64,000 nucleotides of DNA, taken from an uncultured Methanolobus sp. (GTDB lineage: Archaea > Halobacteriota > Methanosarcinia > Methanosarcinales > Methanosarcinaceae). Below are positions 29,186-39,612 of the stretch, piece by piece. Location: NCBI GenBank assembly GCA_963675495.1, contig OY776215.1:2656001-2720000 (forward strand), written 5' to 3'. Position 1 is the first letter of the stretch. Each line of letters opens with the position of its first letter. The notes below the pieces were generated by a model. The model was not told the DNA's origin. It was given only the letters and a program-made list of their open reading frames with translations, and searched no databases. A program made the translations under genes and the position numbers.

Positions 29186-29431
29186 TTGACTTTCCTGATG
29201 CAGCTAGTGCCGTATCAACAAACTTTAAGTATTTGCTAGGTATCCCATTAAACAAAGTTTAAATAGGAATTCCATATTTCCAATCTGACTCAAACGTAAT
29301 TATCCCTTTGTATTCTCTGTGGTAAGCGATACTCAGGGGATTTGTCTTTTTTAAATTATTGTGTTAGAATAAAATGAAAATTATTTTTCTACAAAATCGA
29401 AATATCCTGCATATTAATAAAACCACGGATA

Positions 29432-29454
29432 ACTCATCTTTTGTGGAGATGAGT
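29432..29454 (-). terminator. Hairpin downstream of the corrinoid protein gene
   Basis: ACTCATCT/AGATGAGT 8-bp inverted repeat. Confidence 0.45.
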
Positions 29455-29516
29455 ACCCGCTTTATATTTGATTCAGGATCAATTGGCAAATCGAATTCCC
29501 ACAATTCCGAAGAGCT

Positions 29517-30167
29517 TCATTTCATAAGCTGTGTTGCAATACGAGCAGCATCCGCTGCGTTCTTTGCCGTCGCATCAGCTCCAATCTCTTTTATCCAGTT
29601 TTCAGAAACCGGTGCTCCACCAAACATGATCTTCACAGAATCCCGCAGTCCTTCTTCTTCAATAGCTTCCACGGTATCTTTCTGACCCTGCATTGATGTT
29701 GTCATGAGTGCAGAACCTGCAAGAAGTATCTTGCCACCATTGAGCTTTTTAATCTCATCAATGATGTTTTCGTTTGACACGTCTACACCAAGATCGACTA
29801 TATTGAAACCATTTACACCCAGCATTATTGTGACCAGTCGATGTCCGATCTCATGGATGTCCCCTTCCTGTACAAAAGTGAGAGCAGTTCCAACACTTTC
29901 AGCCGTCTTGTCTTTTTCAAGCTCAGGGGTGAGTATTTTCATGGCACCATCCATAGCCTTTGCAGACATCATTATATGAGGGAGGTAAAGTTCTCCTAAT
30001 TCATACTTGTCACCAACTATCTTCATGCCTGCTGCAAGACCTGCGTTTATAGCATCAAAAGCACTAATACCTGCTTCAAGGGATTCTTTTGCAGCTGCTG
30101 TACAACCCTTTATGTCCTGAGTTACAATTGTATCCCGGAGTTTGTCCAGGATTTCCCGGTTTGGCAT
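29517..30167 (-). CDS. mtmC: Methyltransferase cognate corrinoid protein, MtmC-like
   Basis: DIHEIGH (DxHxxG), GSALMTTSM, MFGGAPVS; the GHRLVT segment is characteristic of MtmC. Confidence 0.88.
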   Translation of the reverse strand: MPNREILDKLRDTIVTQDIKGCTAAAKESLEAGISAFDAINAGLAAGMKIVGDKYELGELYLPHIMMSAKAMDGAMKILTPELEKDKTAESVGTALTFVQEGDIHEIGHRLVTIMLGVNGFNIVDLGVDVSNENIIDEIKKLNGGKILLAGSALMTTSMQGQKDTVEAIEEEGLRDSVKIMFGGAPVSENWIKEIGADATAKNAADAARIATQLMK

Positions 30168-30222
30168 ATTTATCCTCCTTATAGTGGTTTAACCCAAAAG
30201 AATATTGGATTTTACTGATTAT

Positions 30223-31299
30223 TTATTCATACTTTCCATATTTTTCTGCAGCATCCAACATGGCCATTAATTTAATAGGTGCCACGAAGGGAGGGAATTC
30301 ACAACCTGCTGCCAGTATAAATCCTGATGGGGAATTCATTCCTTCTAGTATGTTCTGTCCGCATATTTCCACTAGATCCTCGTATGATTCGGTAAGGAAG
30401 AGCGATGGATTTACATTACCGCAGACGACATCGTGGTCGCCGAATGCTTCTACCTGAGTCTTTACGGGTGTTTCCGGACCAAAGAGCCAGACGTATTTTC
30501 CAGACCATCCCATCTCGTTCCTTAATTTGACATAGTAGGGGATATTCTTGTTCTGGTCAGAACACGGATGCATAAGCACAGAATTCACTCCCAGGTCTTT
30601 CAAATGAGTATGGATCCTTTTCATGTAGGGATAGGCAAATTCTCCAAACATATCAGCCGATATCATAGTATTGGATTCAGAAGGTCCTCCATCGAAGGGC
30701 ATCATGTTCTCTGCACCATATTTTTCTGCAAAATAATCTACAGCATTAATGAGCATGTTACATACTTTATCGAGTAGTGAATGTGTGGCTTCAGGTTCCA
30801 TGATAAGCCAGCTCACAAATTCAGATGTATCTGCAATAACTGAGGCTGCAGTAAAAGTACTACCTACCTGTATAGAAACAGGCAAACCAAGTTCAGCACA
30901 TCTGGAAGCCAATCTGTCTGCTTGCTTATATGCACCAGGTAATTCTTTTTTAAAATCAGGTACTTCAAGTTTTTCGATGTCTTCTATATTTTCCACTGGG
31001 TGTTTTTTGACAAAAGGTGCACCCTGTCCTTTTCCATATGGATACTCGATCTCGCCACCAAATTCCAAAGCACCCATTGAGGCGTATCCATACATTGGAG
31101 TCTGTTCATAGCCGTGCAAGCGCATTGAAGTGAACTGCGCTTCAAAACATTTATCCCCATCCGCATAGAAATCACCAAGAGATATGCCCGTGATCTGTGC
31201 AGAATATCCCAGAACAAAAGGAACTACTGGTACACGGTCGGGTTTTTGTCCGGTCATTACCGCCATCATTCTTTCAGGTGGTGTCATTCTCTGTGTCAT
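30223..31299 (-). CDS. Methylcobamide:CoM methyltransferase-like protein (URO-D/MT2 family)
   Basis: PDRVPVVP, HPC (H-x-C) and GFILAAGCE Zn-ligand pattern; GGAGG RBS before ATG 31299. Confidence 0.85.
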   Translation of the reverse strand: MTQRMTPPERMMAVMTGQKPDRVPVVPFVLGYSAQITGISLGDFYADGDKCFEAQFTSMRLHGYEQTPMYGYASMGALEFGGEIEYPYGKGQGAPFVKKHPVENIEDIEKLEVPDFKKELPGAYKQADRLASRCAELGLPVSIQVGSTFTAASVIADTSEFVSWLIMEPEATHSLLDKVCNMLINAVDYFAEKYGAENMMPFDGGPSESNTMISADMFGEFAYPYMKRIHTHLKDLGVNSVLMHPCSDQNKNIPYYVKLRNEMGWSGKYVWLFGPETPVKTQVEAFGDHDVVCGNVNPSLFLTESYEDLVEICGQNILEGMNSPSGFILAAGCEFPPFVAPIKLMAMLDAAEKYGKYE

Positions 31300-31955
31300 C
31301 AATGTTCTCCTCCATCTTGTTCGATTTAATTGATCTGTCATTGTTTGTCTTGTTGTTGCGATGTTCGTTTCTAGGACAAAAACCATTTTTTTGATTCACA
31401 GGAGTTAATTCTTAGGTATGCATTTTAGCTCTCCCTTTTGTCCACATAAAAGCATGTTCAAAAACTATTATATAGCATTTTCGTAGCGTTTTTATACCAA
31501 TATGTTTAAATATAACTCTTTTACAGATAGCAGGTGTACAATATATAAAAAAAATACACTAGTTATATTCTATTTATTTAAAAGTAGCTTAAACAACATG
31601 CATAGCCGTCATATTTTTCTTGGAATATTAAACGGTTGTAATAAACTTTTTATATGTGTTTTTTTAGAAAATAATAGTGAACAATGTTAAGGAAATAAAC
31701 GGAATTGAAAACTATTAAATCTGTATAAGGTAAAAATAATTTGTCTGTCAAAACTGGTTATAATATTTCTGGTCGAAAAACTCTTAAATTAGCACAAAAT
31801 GCTGGTTTTGAGCAAAAAATGGTTTAACCAATCATTTCATTATGGGCAACATTGGGTGTAATTACTTTTTAAAAATTTATATTTCTATATTAATATAGCA
31901 AATACAATGTATATTTAATATAGGAACTGTCATATATTTCTTATATATAATGTAG

Positions 31956-33995
31956 GTGGTAAAAATGGATTCCAGTGGGTTTGAAACGTATATCACAGGA
32001 CATAGGTATTTTGAAAACGATTTACTCCTTTCAAAATATTCAATTGAGAATTGTATAGATTCCATTTCATGGATAGCCCCAGATGCCAGTTTTTTATACG
32101 TCAATAAAGCATTTTGTAGAGAAATAGGTTATTCTATGGAAGAACTGTTTTCAATGAAGGTCTTTGACATAGATCCGTATTTTTCGGAAGATATGTGGGA
32201 AGGGCATTGGAACAAAATGAAAAAATCACAGATTGGTACAGTAGAAACTGTTCATGTTTCAAAAACGGGTCAAATGATCCCTGTAGAGATTACTTATAAC
32301 CATTTGCAGTTTGATGGCATGGAGTATGTTTTTACTTTTAGTCGCAACATTATCAAGCGTAAAGAAGCAGAAAAAAATTTACGTCTCACACAACATTCCA
32401 TAAATCACAGTATGGAACCTGCTTTCTGGATAGCTCCTGATGCCAGTTTCATGTTTGTCAATGAGGTTGTATGTGAGAATTATGGTTATTCTCGGGAAGA
32501 ACTGCTTTCAATGAATGTCTTTGATATCAGCCATGGTTTTCCAGAGAACAAGTGGAATGAACTGTGGAATAAGGTAAAAAAACATGGTTCATTCCAAATG
32601 GAATCAATACATTACACAAAAAATGGGAGAAGTTTTCCTGTAGAAATTTCACTAAGTTATCTGGAATTTGAAGATATTCAATATCTTTTTGCCTTTGTCC
32701 GCGATATTACTGAACGCAAGAATTCAGAAGTTGCTCTCAAAAAATATACAAATGAACTGAGGCATTCAAATGAAATGCAGCAAGCACTTGGCAATATTGT
32801 GAACAGTAGCCCCATGATTGTTTTTTTATGGAGAGTGGAGCACAATTGGCCAGTAGAATTCGTATCTGAAAACATCAGGCAATTTGGTTATTCATCAGAT
32901 GAGTTCATATCAGGCGCACTCCTTTATGGGGATATTATCCATCCGGATGATCTGAAAAAAGTTCAAGCCAGATCAACTGACTTTATAGGATCAAAGCAAT
33001 CAAGTTTCAATCATGAATATAGGATTCTGACAAAATCTGGAGAAGTACGCTGGGTTAATGAAAGAACTTTTATCCAACGTGATGAGGATAAGATCGATTT
33101 CATCCAAGGTATCATTGTTGACATCACCAGTAGTAAGCAATCGAATGAATTTTTGCAATTTCAATGTGAACTTGGAAATGTTCTTGCTTTACCCGACAAT
33201 CTGCAGGAGACTTATGAACAATTGCTGGAACTGACTCTCCAGATTGATCCATTCGATTCTGGTTGTCTGTATATTGTTGATACATCGACAGGCAATCTGG
33301 ATATTGTAGTGCATAAGGGATTATCTTCTGAATATGTAACGAAGGTATCACATTACGATGCAAAATCTTTGTTAACAAAAATGGTCATGATCGGTAAACC
33401 TGTCTACAAAAACCATTCCGAAATATGTGCTATGACTGCTACAGAGTCACCAACTGAAAAATTAAATGTTACAGCACTTGTTCCGGTGAAATGCGGAGAC
33501 GAAGTTATTGCTATGCTTAAACTCATGTCTCACACTCAAAATGAGATTTCACCAGATTCTAAAAACTCTCTTGAAAACATTGCTTCTCAAATTGGGGGAT
33601 TCATTAATCGTACGATTTCCGAAATAGAACTTAAGAATAACAATAATGATCTTCTGGGTATTTTTGAGTCATTGGAAGATCTCTTATTTATAGTGGATCT
33701 AGAAGGCTGCATTATCAATTACAACTCAGCAGTTCCAACAAGATTGGGATATTCGAAAGAAGAGCTTTTGGGTACCAACATAATTTCAATCATACCTCAT
33801 AAACTATATTTAAAAGCTGCCAAAACCTTTTTTGATATAATAGATGGAAATTTTTCATATTTCACCTTTCCACTAATAGCTAAAGACAAATCGCTAATTT
33901 CAGTAGCTATAAGGTTTACTAAAGGTAAATGGAAAGGGCAGGACGTGATGATAGGAATTTCTCACGATGTAACAAATGGTAAATCCGATCAATAA
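31956..33995 (+). CDS. Multi-PAS/GAF sensor protein with no output domain
   Basis: Two similar PAS repeats (WIAPDASF...GYS.EEL.SM.VFDI), a PAS with IIHPDD, a GAF and a final PAS; TAA stop with no HisKA/HATPase. Confidence 0.85.
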   Translation: MVKMDSSGFETYITGHRYFENDLLLSKYSIENCIDSISWIAPDASFLYVNKAFCREIGYSMEELFSMKVFDIDPYFSEDMWEGHWNKMKKSQIGTVETVHVSKTGQMIPVEITYNHLQFDGMEYVFTFSRNIIKRKEAEKNLRLTQHSINHSMEPAFWIAPDASFMFVNEVVCENYGYSREELLSMNVFDISHGFPENKWNELWNKVKKHGSFQMESIHYTKNGRSFPVEISLSYLEFEDIQYLFAFVRDITERKNSEVALKKYTNELRHSNEMQQALGNIVNSSPMIVFLWRVEHNWPVEFVSENIRQFGYSSDEFISGALLYGDIIHPDDLKKVQARSTDFIGSKQSSFNHEYRILTKSGEVRWVNERTFIQRDEDKIDFIQGIIVDITSSKQSNEFLQFQCELGNVLALPDNLQETYEQLLELTLQIDPFDSGCLYIVDTSTGNLDIVVHKGLSSEYVTKVSHYDAKSLLTKMVMIGKPVYKNHSEICAMTATESPTEKLNVTALVPVKCGDEVIAMLKLMSHTQNEISPDSKNSLENIASQIGGFINRTISEIELKNNNNDLLGIFESLEDLLFIVDLEGCIINYNSAVPTRLGYSKEELLGTNIISIIPHKLYLKAAKTFFDIIDGNFSYFTFPLIAKDKSLISVAIRFTKGKWKGQDVMIGISHDVTNGKSDQ

Positions 33996-34144
33996 AAGTA
34001 ATCATATTAATCGTTTAATAAAAAAACGGCTATTATAAATTCTCCAAATAATGGGACAAATAATTGTGTACAACTACTCAGAATAGTTATTATATAAATA
34101 AAATATCAAAGGGTTTTTATATAGATGTTTCTATATAATAATCA

Positions 34145-35836
34145 ATGATAGGTCCGGAATCTGAAATCAAAAATGCAGATGAGATCAGCCCTGGTATTGT
34201 GTCCGGGTCAAATGCGAGAAACCCTGCTAAGTTTTCTCAATTATTAGACAACATCAAGTCCGGACTTCACCAGTTAAGACATCCCCGAAATAAATTTCCG
34301 GAATATGATCCTGACTTACATGGTTCACTTGTAGATCTTGAAATTCCCGATGGGTTCAAAGAAGTTGAGCGCTATTGGGTAAATGAGCCATATTCTTTTA
34401 TTTCAATCCTTGTGAAAGGGAATGTATATCTCTACTATGTTGCTGAGCCAATGCTTACGTTATACGAAAAAGATATTCTTGAAAGAGTCTATGATGACCT
34501 GCAGGATATTCTGAGTATTGGTGGAGTAAATTCCTCGAGGGATAAAGAAACAGTATTAATGGAACAGGCATCCTTACTTTTCAATCGCTATCATGCGAAT
34601 CTGGAAATAGCATCTGCCTATCGTATCCTCTATTATCTGAAACGCAATTATCTGGGTCATGACCGCATAAATTCACTAATGCTTGATCCTAATATAGAAG
34701 ATATTTCCTGCGATGGCATAAACGTGCCAATTTTCATGTACCATAATAAGTATCGCAATATTAAGACAAATGTTTCTTTTGGGGAAGAGGAAATTAATTC
34801 TCTTGTAATAAAACTGTGCCAGAAAAGTGGCAAGCATATTTCAGTAAGCGAACCCATGGTGGATGCAACCCTGCCTGATGGTTCCCGTTTACAGGCAACC
34901 CTTGGTAAAGAGATAACTACCAGAGGGAGCTCCTTTACTATCAGGAAATTCAGGGGAGATCCGATCACTCCTATAGATCTTATTAACTACAAAACCTGTA
35001 GTATTGAAATGATGGCTTATTTCTGGCTTGCCATTGAAAACGGCGATTGTGCTATATTCGCAGGAGGCACAGCATCCGGTAAAACATCCCTTCTAAATGC
35101 AGTTTCTCTTTTCATACCTCCGCTCTCAAAGGTTGTATCTATAGAAGATACACGAGAAGTGACATTACACCATGACAACTGGATTGCAGGTGTCACACGT
35201 AAACCGTTGAATGTCAATAGTGCCGGCGAAGTTTCCATGTATGACCTGTTGCGATCAGCTCTGCGACAAAGACCTGAATATATACTTGTAGGCGAGATTC
35301 GGGGTGAAGAGGCACTGACACTTTTCCAGGCCATATCCACAGGACATGCAACCTATTCAACCATGCACGCAGGTGATGTGCAGACCGTTGTCAACAGACT
35401 TGACAGTCCTCCTCTTAATGTACCACACGTCATGCTTCAATCATTGGATATACTTAGCATACAGGTCCAAACTTTTGTGAATAACCAGAGGGTGCGCAGA
35501 ACGCAGAGTCTTGTAGAATTTACAGGGATAGATACAAAGACAGGCTACATACGTATAAATGAGCTCTACAGATGGGATCCTGTAACAGACACTTTCATTC
35601 GCAACGGAGATTCATATACTCTTAACAAGGTCATGACTTCAAGGGGCTGGGATAGGAATAAACTCTCAGAGGAGCTGAACAGGAGAGAACGTATTCTCAA
35701 ATATCTCTGCGAGAAACAAATGAGGGACTATGTGCGCATATCCCTGATTGTACAGGCGTATGATGCAAATCCGGAAAATGTTCTTGCTGCAATTGAAAAT
35801 CATAGTCTGGATGAACTGATAGAACAGAGCATGTAG
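34145..35836 (+). CDS. Type IV pilus/type II secretion ATPase (PilB/TadA/ArlI-like)
   Basis: GGTASGKTS, SIEDTRE, ALRQRPEYILVGEIRG, TGH...TMHA. Confidence 0.93.
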   Translation: MIGPESEIKNADEISPGIVSGSNARNPAKFSQLLDNIKSGLHQLRHPRNKFPEYDPDLHGSLVDLEIPDGFKEVERYWVNEPYSFISILVKGNVYLYYVAEPMLTLYEKDILERVYDDLQDILSIGGVNSSRDKETVLMEQASLLFNRYHANLEIASAYRILYYLKRNYLGHDRINSLMLDPNIEDISCDGINVPIFMYHNKYRNIKTNVSFGEEEINSLVIKLCQKSGKHISVSEPMVDATLPDGSRLQATLGKEITTRGSSFTIRKFRGDPITPIDLINYKTCSIEMMAYFWLAIENGDCAIFAGGTASGKTSLLNAVSLFIPPLSKVVSIEDTREVTLHHDNWIAGVTRKPLNVNSAGEVSMYDLLRSALRQRPEYILVGEIRGEEALTLFQAISTGHATYSTMHAGDVQTVVNRLDSPPLNVPHVMLQSLDILSIQVQTFVNNQRVRRTQSLVEFTGIDTKTGYIRINELYRWDPVTDTFIRNGDSYTLNKVMTSRGWDRNKLSEELNRRERILKYLCEKQMRDYVRISLIVQAYDANPENVLAAIENHSLDELIEQSM

Positions 35837-35845
35837 GTGCCTTAA

Positions 35846-37792
35846 ATGAATATCATAGATTCTGCTTCACATTTGATATTTGGAAAATATGTAAGAAAAC
35901 ATATTCACCGATATGAAGCGCAGAGGTCCATGGTACGTAAAGCAGGCATGGGAGTTCTCATTGAGCAATATATTGCTCAAATATACTTTTTTTCTCTTTT
36001 AATGGCTCTTTTAGCTGGTCTGGTTGGAATATTGGCTGGATATTACTTTTTAAGTGATTTCAGGCCATTTATGCTGGGTATTGAAAACACCCCTCTCTGG
36101 ATTGCAACCAATTTTCATTTGTTGATAAGTTGCGGACTTGGTGCTGTTTTTTTCATAATAGCTGCGTACCTTACTTACTATATCTTTATGTCATTACCTG
36201 AAGTGCAGGCTAATGTCAGAAGCACACTCATAAACCAATCACTTCCCCACACTACGGCATATCTTTATGCCATGAGTCGTGGAGGTGGACTAAATCTTCT
36301 TGACATCATGAAATCACTTGCAGAGAACTACCATATCTATGGTGCTTCTGCAGAAGAAATAGGATTTATGGTTAAAGATATGGAGTATTATGGTACTGAC
36401 CTGCTAAAAGCAATTGACAGGGCAGGACAACGGACTCCTTCTAAGAAATTCAAGGATTTTCTGGATGGGCTTACATCAATTGTCTCAAGTGGAGGGGATG
36501 TCGGTTCTTATCTCAAGGCAAAAAATGATCAATATCGTCTGACCGCTACTAAGGAACAGAAAATATTCTTCGAAACACTGGGAGTACTGGCAGAAGTTTA
36601 TATCTCTGCTTTTGTTGCAGGCCCCCTTTTCCTGATTACTATACTTGTGGTTCTGGGGCTTATGAATCCGAGTGCATCCGGGATGCTGGACTTTATAGTA
36701 TACATTGTGATTCCAATAGGGACGGTTCTTTTTCTGGTGCTTCTTAATTCGCTAACAAATGATAACCCCAAAATACCTGATTTTTATGTGGTCGAGAAAA
36801 AATTAAATAATTTTCCATATGTGCCAATAAAAGAAGGAGATAAGAGTGAAGAGCAAAAGAGAAGAATGATCAAATACTACTCCCATTTCATCAAAGTGGC
36901 GGATAAGTTCCTGCATCCTTTTAACTTTTTTGCAAACAAACCCTCATACGTCCTGATTATCACTATTCCACTGGCATTAGCTTATTTCTTTTTCACGATA
37001 AATGATTACATCAATATTGCAAACATTATCTACTTTAATAATTTTAATATTTTAACAATAAGTATCATCGATGACCATGTTTTCATTGCTTTGCTAGTAA
37101 TGTTAATTCCTTTTATTATATTTGATGAAGTGCGCAATTACCGTGTGAAGCAAATTGAATCAAATATTCCTGATTTTCTTTATAACCTTGCAAGTATCAA
37201 CGAAGCCGGTATTCTTCTTGTGGATGCTATCGTAATGAGCATGCAGCTAAAAGTAGGAGTTTTGCATTCTGAGGTGAAACGTCTTGTAAATGACATATCA
37301 TGGGGAACAAAACTGGATGATGCACTGCAAAAATTTGAATTCAGAATTCGCACTGATATGACAAGGCGTATGATCAATCTCATCATCAAGGCCAATGAAG
37401 CTACAAGTGATATCAAAAGCGTGCTGACAATAGCAGCACATGATGCTGATATGCAGAGACAGCTTAAGAAAGAGCGCAATGCAGAAATGTTTGTTTATGT
37501 GTTTATAATCTACATATCATTCATGGTCTTTTTGTTCATCGTTTACATTCTTGCAGCCTACTTCCTGCCTGCTATGCCTGCGTCTACAGCAGGTGGGCTT
37601 GAAGGGGTTGCTTTTATAGTCGATTTTGATCTTGAAAAGTACACATTGTTATTTTTCCATGCAGCTATGCTCCAGGGTTTTGGTTCCGGACTTGTCGCAG
37701 GAAAAATGGGTAGTGGAAATATTCATTCGGGTTTCAAGCATTCTATAATCATGATGTCTATAGCTTACCTGTTATTCGCATTTTTCATATGA
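35846..37792 (+). CDS. Type IV pilus platform protein (T2SS F/TadC-like, two repeats)
   Basis: Two T2SSF-like cytoplasmic domains with TM bundles; GLVAGKM...GFKHS C-terminus. Confidence 0.9.
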   Translation: MNIIDSASHLIFGKYVRKHIHRYEAQRSMVRKAGMGVLIEQYIAQIYFFSLLMALLAGLVGILAGYYFLSDFRPFMLGIENTPLWIATNFHLLISCGLGAVFFIIAAYLTYYIFMSLPEVQANVRSTLINQSLPHTTAYLYAMSRGGGLNLLDIMKSLAENYHIYGASAEEIGFMVKDMEYYGTDLLKAIDRAGQRTPSKKFKDFLDGLTSIVSSGGDVGSYLKAKNDQYRLTATKEQKIFFETLGVLAEVYISAFVAGPLFLITILVVLGLMNPSASGMLDFIVYIVIPIGTVLFLVLLNSLTNDNPKIPDFYVVEKKLNNFPYVPIKEGDKSEEQKRRMIKYYSHFIKVADKFLHPFNFFANKPSYVLIITIPLALAYFFFTINDYINIANIIYFNNFNILTISIIDDHVFIALLVMLIPFIIFDEVRNYRVKQIESNIPDFLYNLASINEAGILLVDAIVMSMQLKVGVLHSEVKRLVNDISWGTKLDDALQKFEFRIRTDMTRRMINLIIKANEATSDIKSVLTIAAHDADMQRQLKKERNAEMFVYVFIIYISFMVFLFIVYILAAYFLPAMPASTAGGLEGVAFIVDFDLEKYTLLFFHAAMLQGFGSGLVAGKMGSGNIHSGFKHSIIMMSIAYLLFAFFI

Positions 37793-37799
37793 GGTAAAT

Positions 37800-39581
37800 A
37801 TGTGCATACGAACAAGGGCACGAATAAATAAATTCGTAAGGGACGAAAATGCAGTTTCCGAGATTATCGGAGAGATTCTTATGACGGCCATAGCTGTGCT
37901 TGCATTTTCAATAATTGCCGTGTTCGTGTTCTCTTATATGGATGCAGGTGAAAAAGTGCATGCTAACATTGACGGGTGGGTGGATGTGGATTCTGATACG
38001 ATCCATATCAGGCACTTAGGTGGGGAGCATATCGATATTAATGATGTCAAAATAATCCTGAACCTCAATGGAACGCGCAGGGAACTTTCATCGTCCCAGG
38101 TGGTGCAACTGCTTGGAAGTAATGGCTGGCATCTGGGCGAAACTATACTAATTGATGCAGATCTGCTGTGGAACACAACGATCAATGAAACTGATTATGT
38201 AGGTCTGATATTGCTGCAAACCAGTTCCAATATCGTTATAGAAAGTGGTTCTCTCCTTGGCGATGAAATTGGCATGAATTCAGATCAAGCTCCATCTGGG
38301 TCAAATGACTCTTCAACAGGTGGAAATCTTGCATGGTGGAAACTCAATGAGAATTCAGGTACAATTGCTGTGGATTCTATTAGTGGGTATGATGGAAGCA
38401 TTTCCCAGGCCAGCTGGACAACAGGTATCAATGGAAGTGCATTGGAATTCGATGGCAGCAATGACTATGTGGAGACCAATGAGCGCATAGTCGATGATTA
38501 TCCGTTTACCATTAGTGTATGGCTAAAAACAACGGATTCAGGGACTGATCAGGCAGTTGTCAATCTTGCAGACTCTGATTTGTCGAATTCTTATTATGGA
38601 ATATATGTGAGACCAGATGGAAGGGTTCGACTGATGGCAAGAAATACTCAGAGCAGGACTATAGCGGGAGATGTTGTTAACGATGGTGAATGGTACAATG
38701 CCGTTGCAGTTTTCAATTCTTCCACAGATAGAAAACTCTATCTTAACGGTATAATTAATGGAACCCAGTCAACGGAAGTTACATTCAATAGCGATGCTGA
38801 CAGGTGGTCCATGGGAAGATGGGGTGACAGTTCTCCTAACAGATACTTTGAAGGAAGCATTGATGAGGTAAAACTATGGGACAGAGCACTTGATTCAGCT
38901 GAGATACTACAGCTTTATGAAGATTCAGCTCCGCAAACGGTGCCTGTTGAAGAAGTTCCACTGACTCCTGTATCAAGGTGGAAGTTCGATGAGAATTCTG
39001 GTTCAATTGCTTACGATGGTGTTGGGAGTAATGATGCACAGGTCATTAACGCACACTGGAGTAATACCGCTATAAACGAAACTGCTATCCGGTTCGATGG
39101 AAACGGAGATTATCTTACAGTTAGTGACCATGACTCACTTGACTTTGATCAGAATATGAGTATCCTTTTCTGGATGAGGCTTAATACAGACAATGATGTT
39201 GCGATAATTGGAAAAGGCCAGAATGATCAGGATAATTTTGATCTTTTTGCAGGCAATGGGGAATTGTACTTTGAATGGGATAATAGCGGTTCAAATTATG
39301 TTCAAACCACGGGAATGGACCTGCAAACCAACACATGGTACCAGATCGGAGTGGTGGTTGATGGAAGTAATGTGAACTTCTATAAGGATAGCACTTTCAT
39401 TGAGGATTACTCTATGAATGGTGTTCCACTGGCTTCTAACAACAACGAACTCTGGATTGGCAGACAGAACTACGGTAGCAATAATTATTATCTTAGGGGA
39501 TACCTCGATGAGGTGGAGATCTATAATGTTACACTAGCCGGCTCAGACATTGCAGAATACTACACAAGGACAAATCCGTAA
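37800..39581 (+). CDS. Type IV pilin-like protein fused to two LamG (concanavalin-like) domains
   Basis: Class III signal peptide RDENA/VSEIIGEILM; HLGGE; two WK(L/F).ENSG...G.(I/L)DEV LamG repeats. Confidence 0.85.
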   Translation: MCIRTRARINKFVRDENAVSEIIGEILMTAIAVLAFSIIAVFVFSYMDAGEKVHANIDGWVDVDSDTIHIRHLGGEHIDINDVKIILNLNGTRRELSSSQVVQLLGSNGWHLGETILIDADLLWNTTINETDYVGLILLQTSSNIVIESGSLLGDEIGMNSDQAPSGSNDSSTGGNLAWWKLNENSGTIAVDSISGYDGSISQASWTTGINGSALEFDGSNDYVETNERIVDDYPFTISVWLKTTDSGTDQAVVNLADSDLSNSYYGIYVRPDGRVRLMARNTQSRTIAGDVVNDGEWYNAVAVFNSSTDRKLYLNGIINGTQSTEVTFNSDADRWSMGRWGDSSPNRYFEGSIDEVKLWDRALDSAEILQLYEDSAPQTVPVEEVPLTPVSRWKFDENSGSIAYDGVGSNDAQVINAHWSNTAINETAIRFDGNGDYLTVSDHDSLDFDQNMSILFWMRLNTDNDVAIIGKGQNDQDNFDLFAGNGELYFEWDNSGSNYVQTTGMDLQTNTWYQIGVVVDGSNVNFYKDSTFIEDYSMNGVPLASNNNELWIGRQNYGSNNYYLRGYLDEVEIYNVTLAGSDIAEYYTRTNP

Positions 39582-39612
39582 AATATGATGACAAACGGGA
39601 GAGATAATAAGA

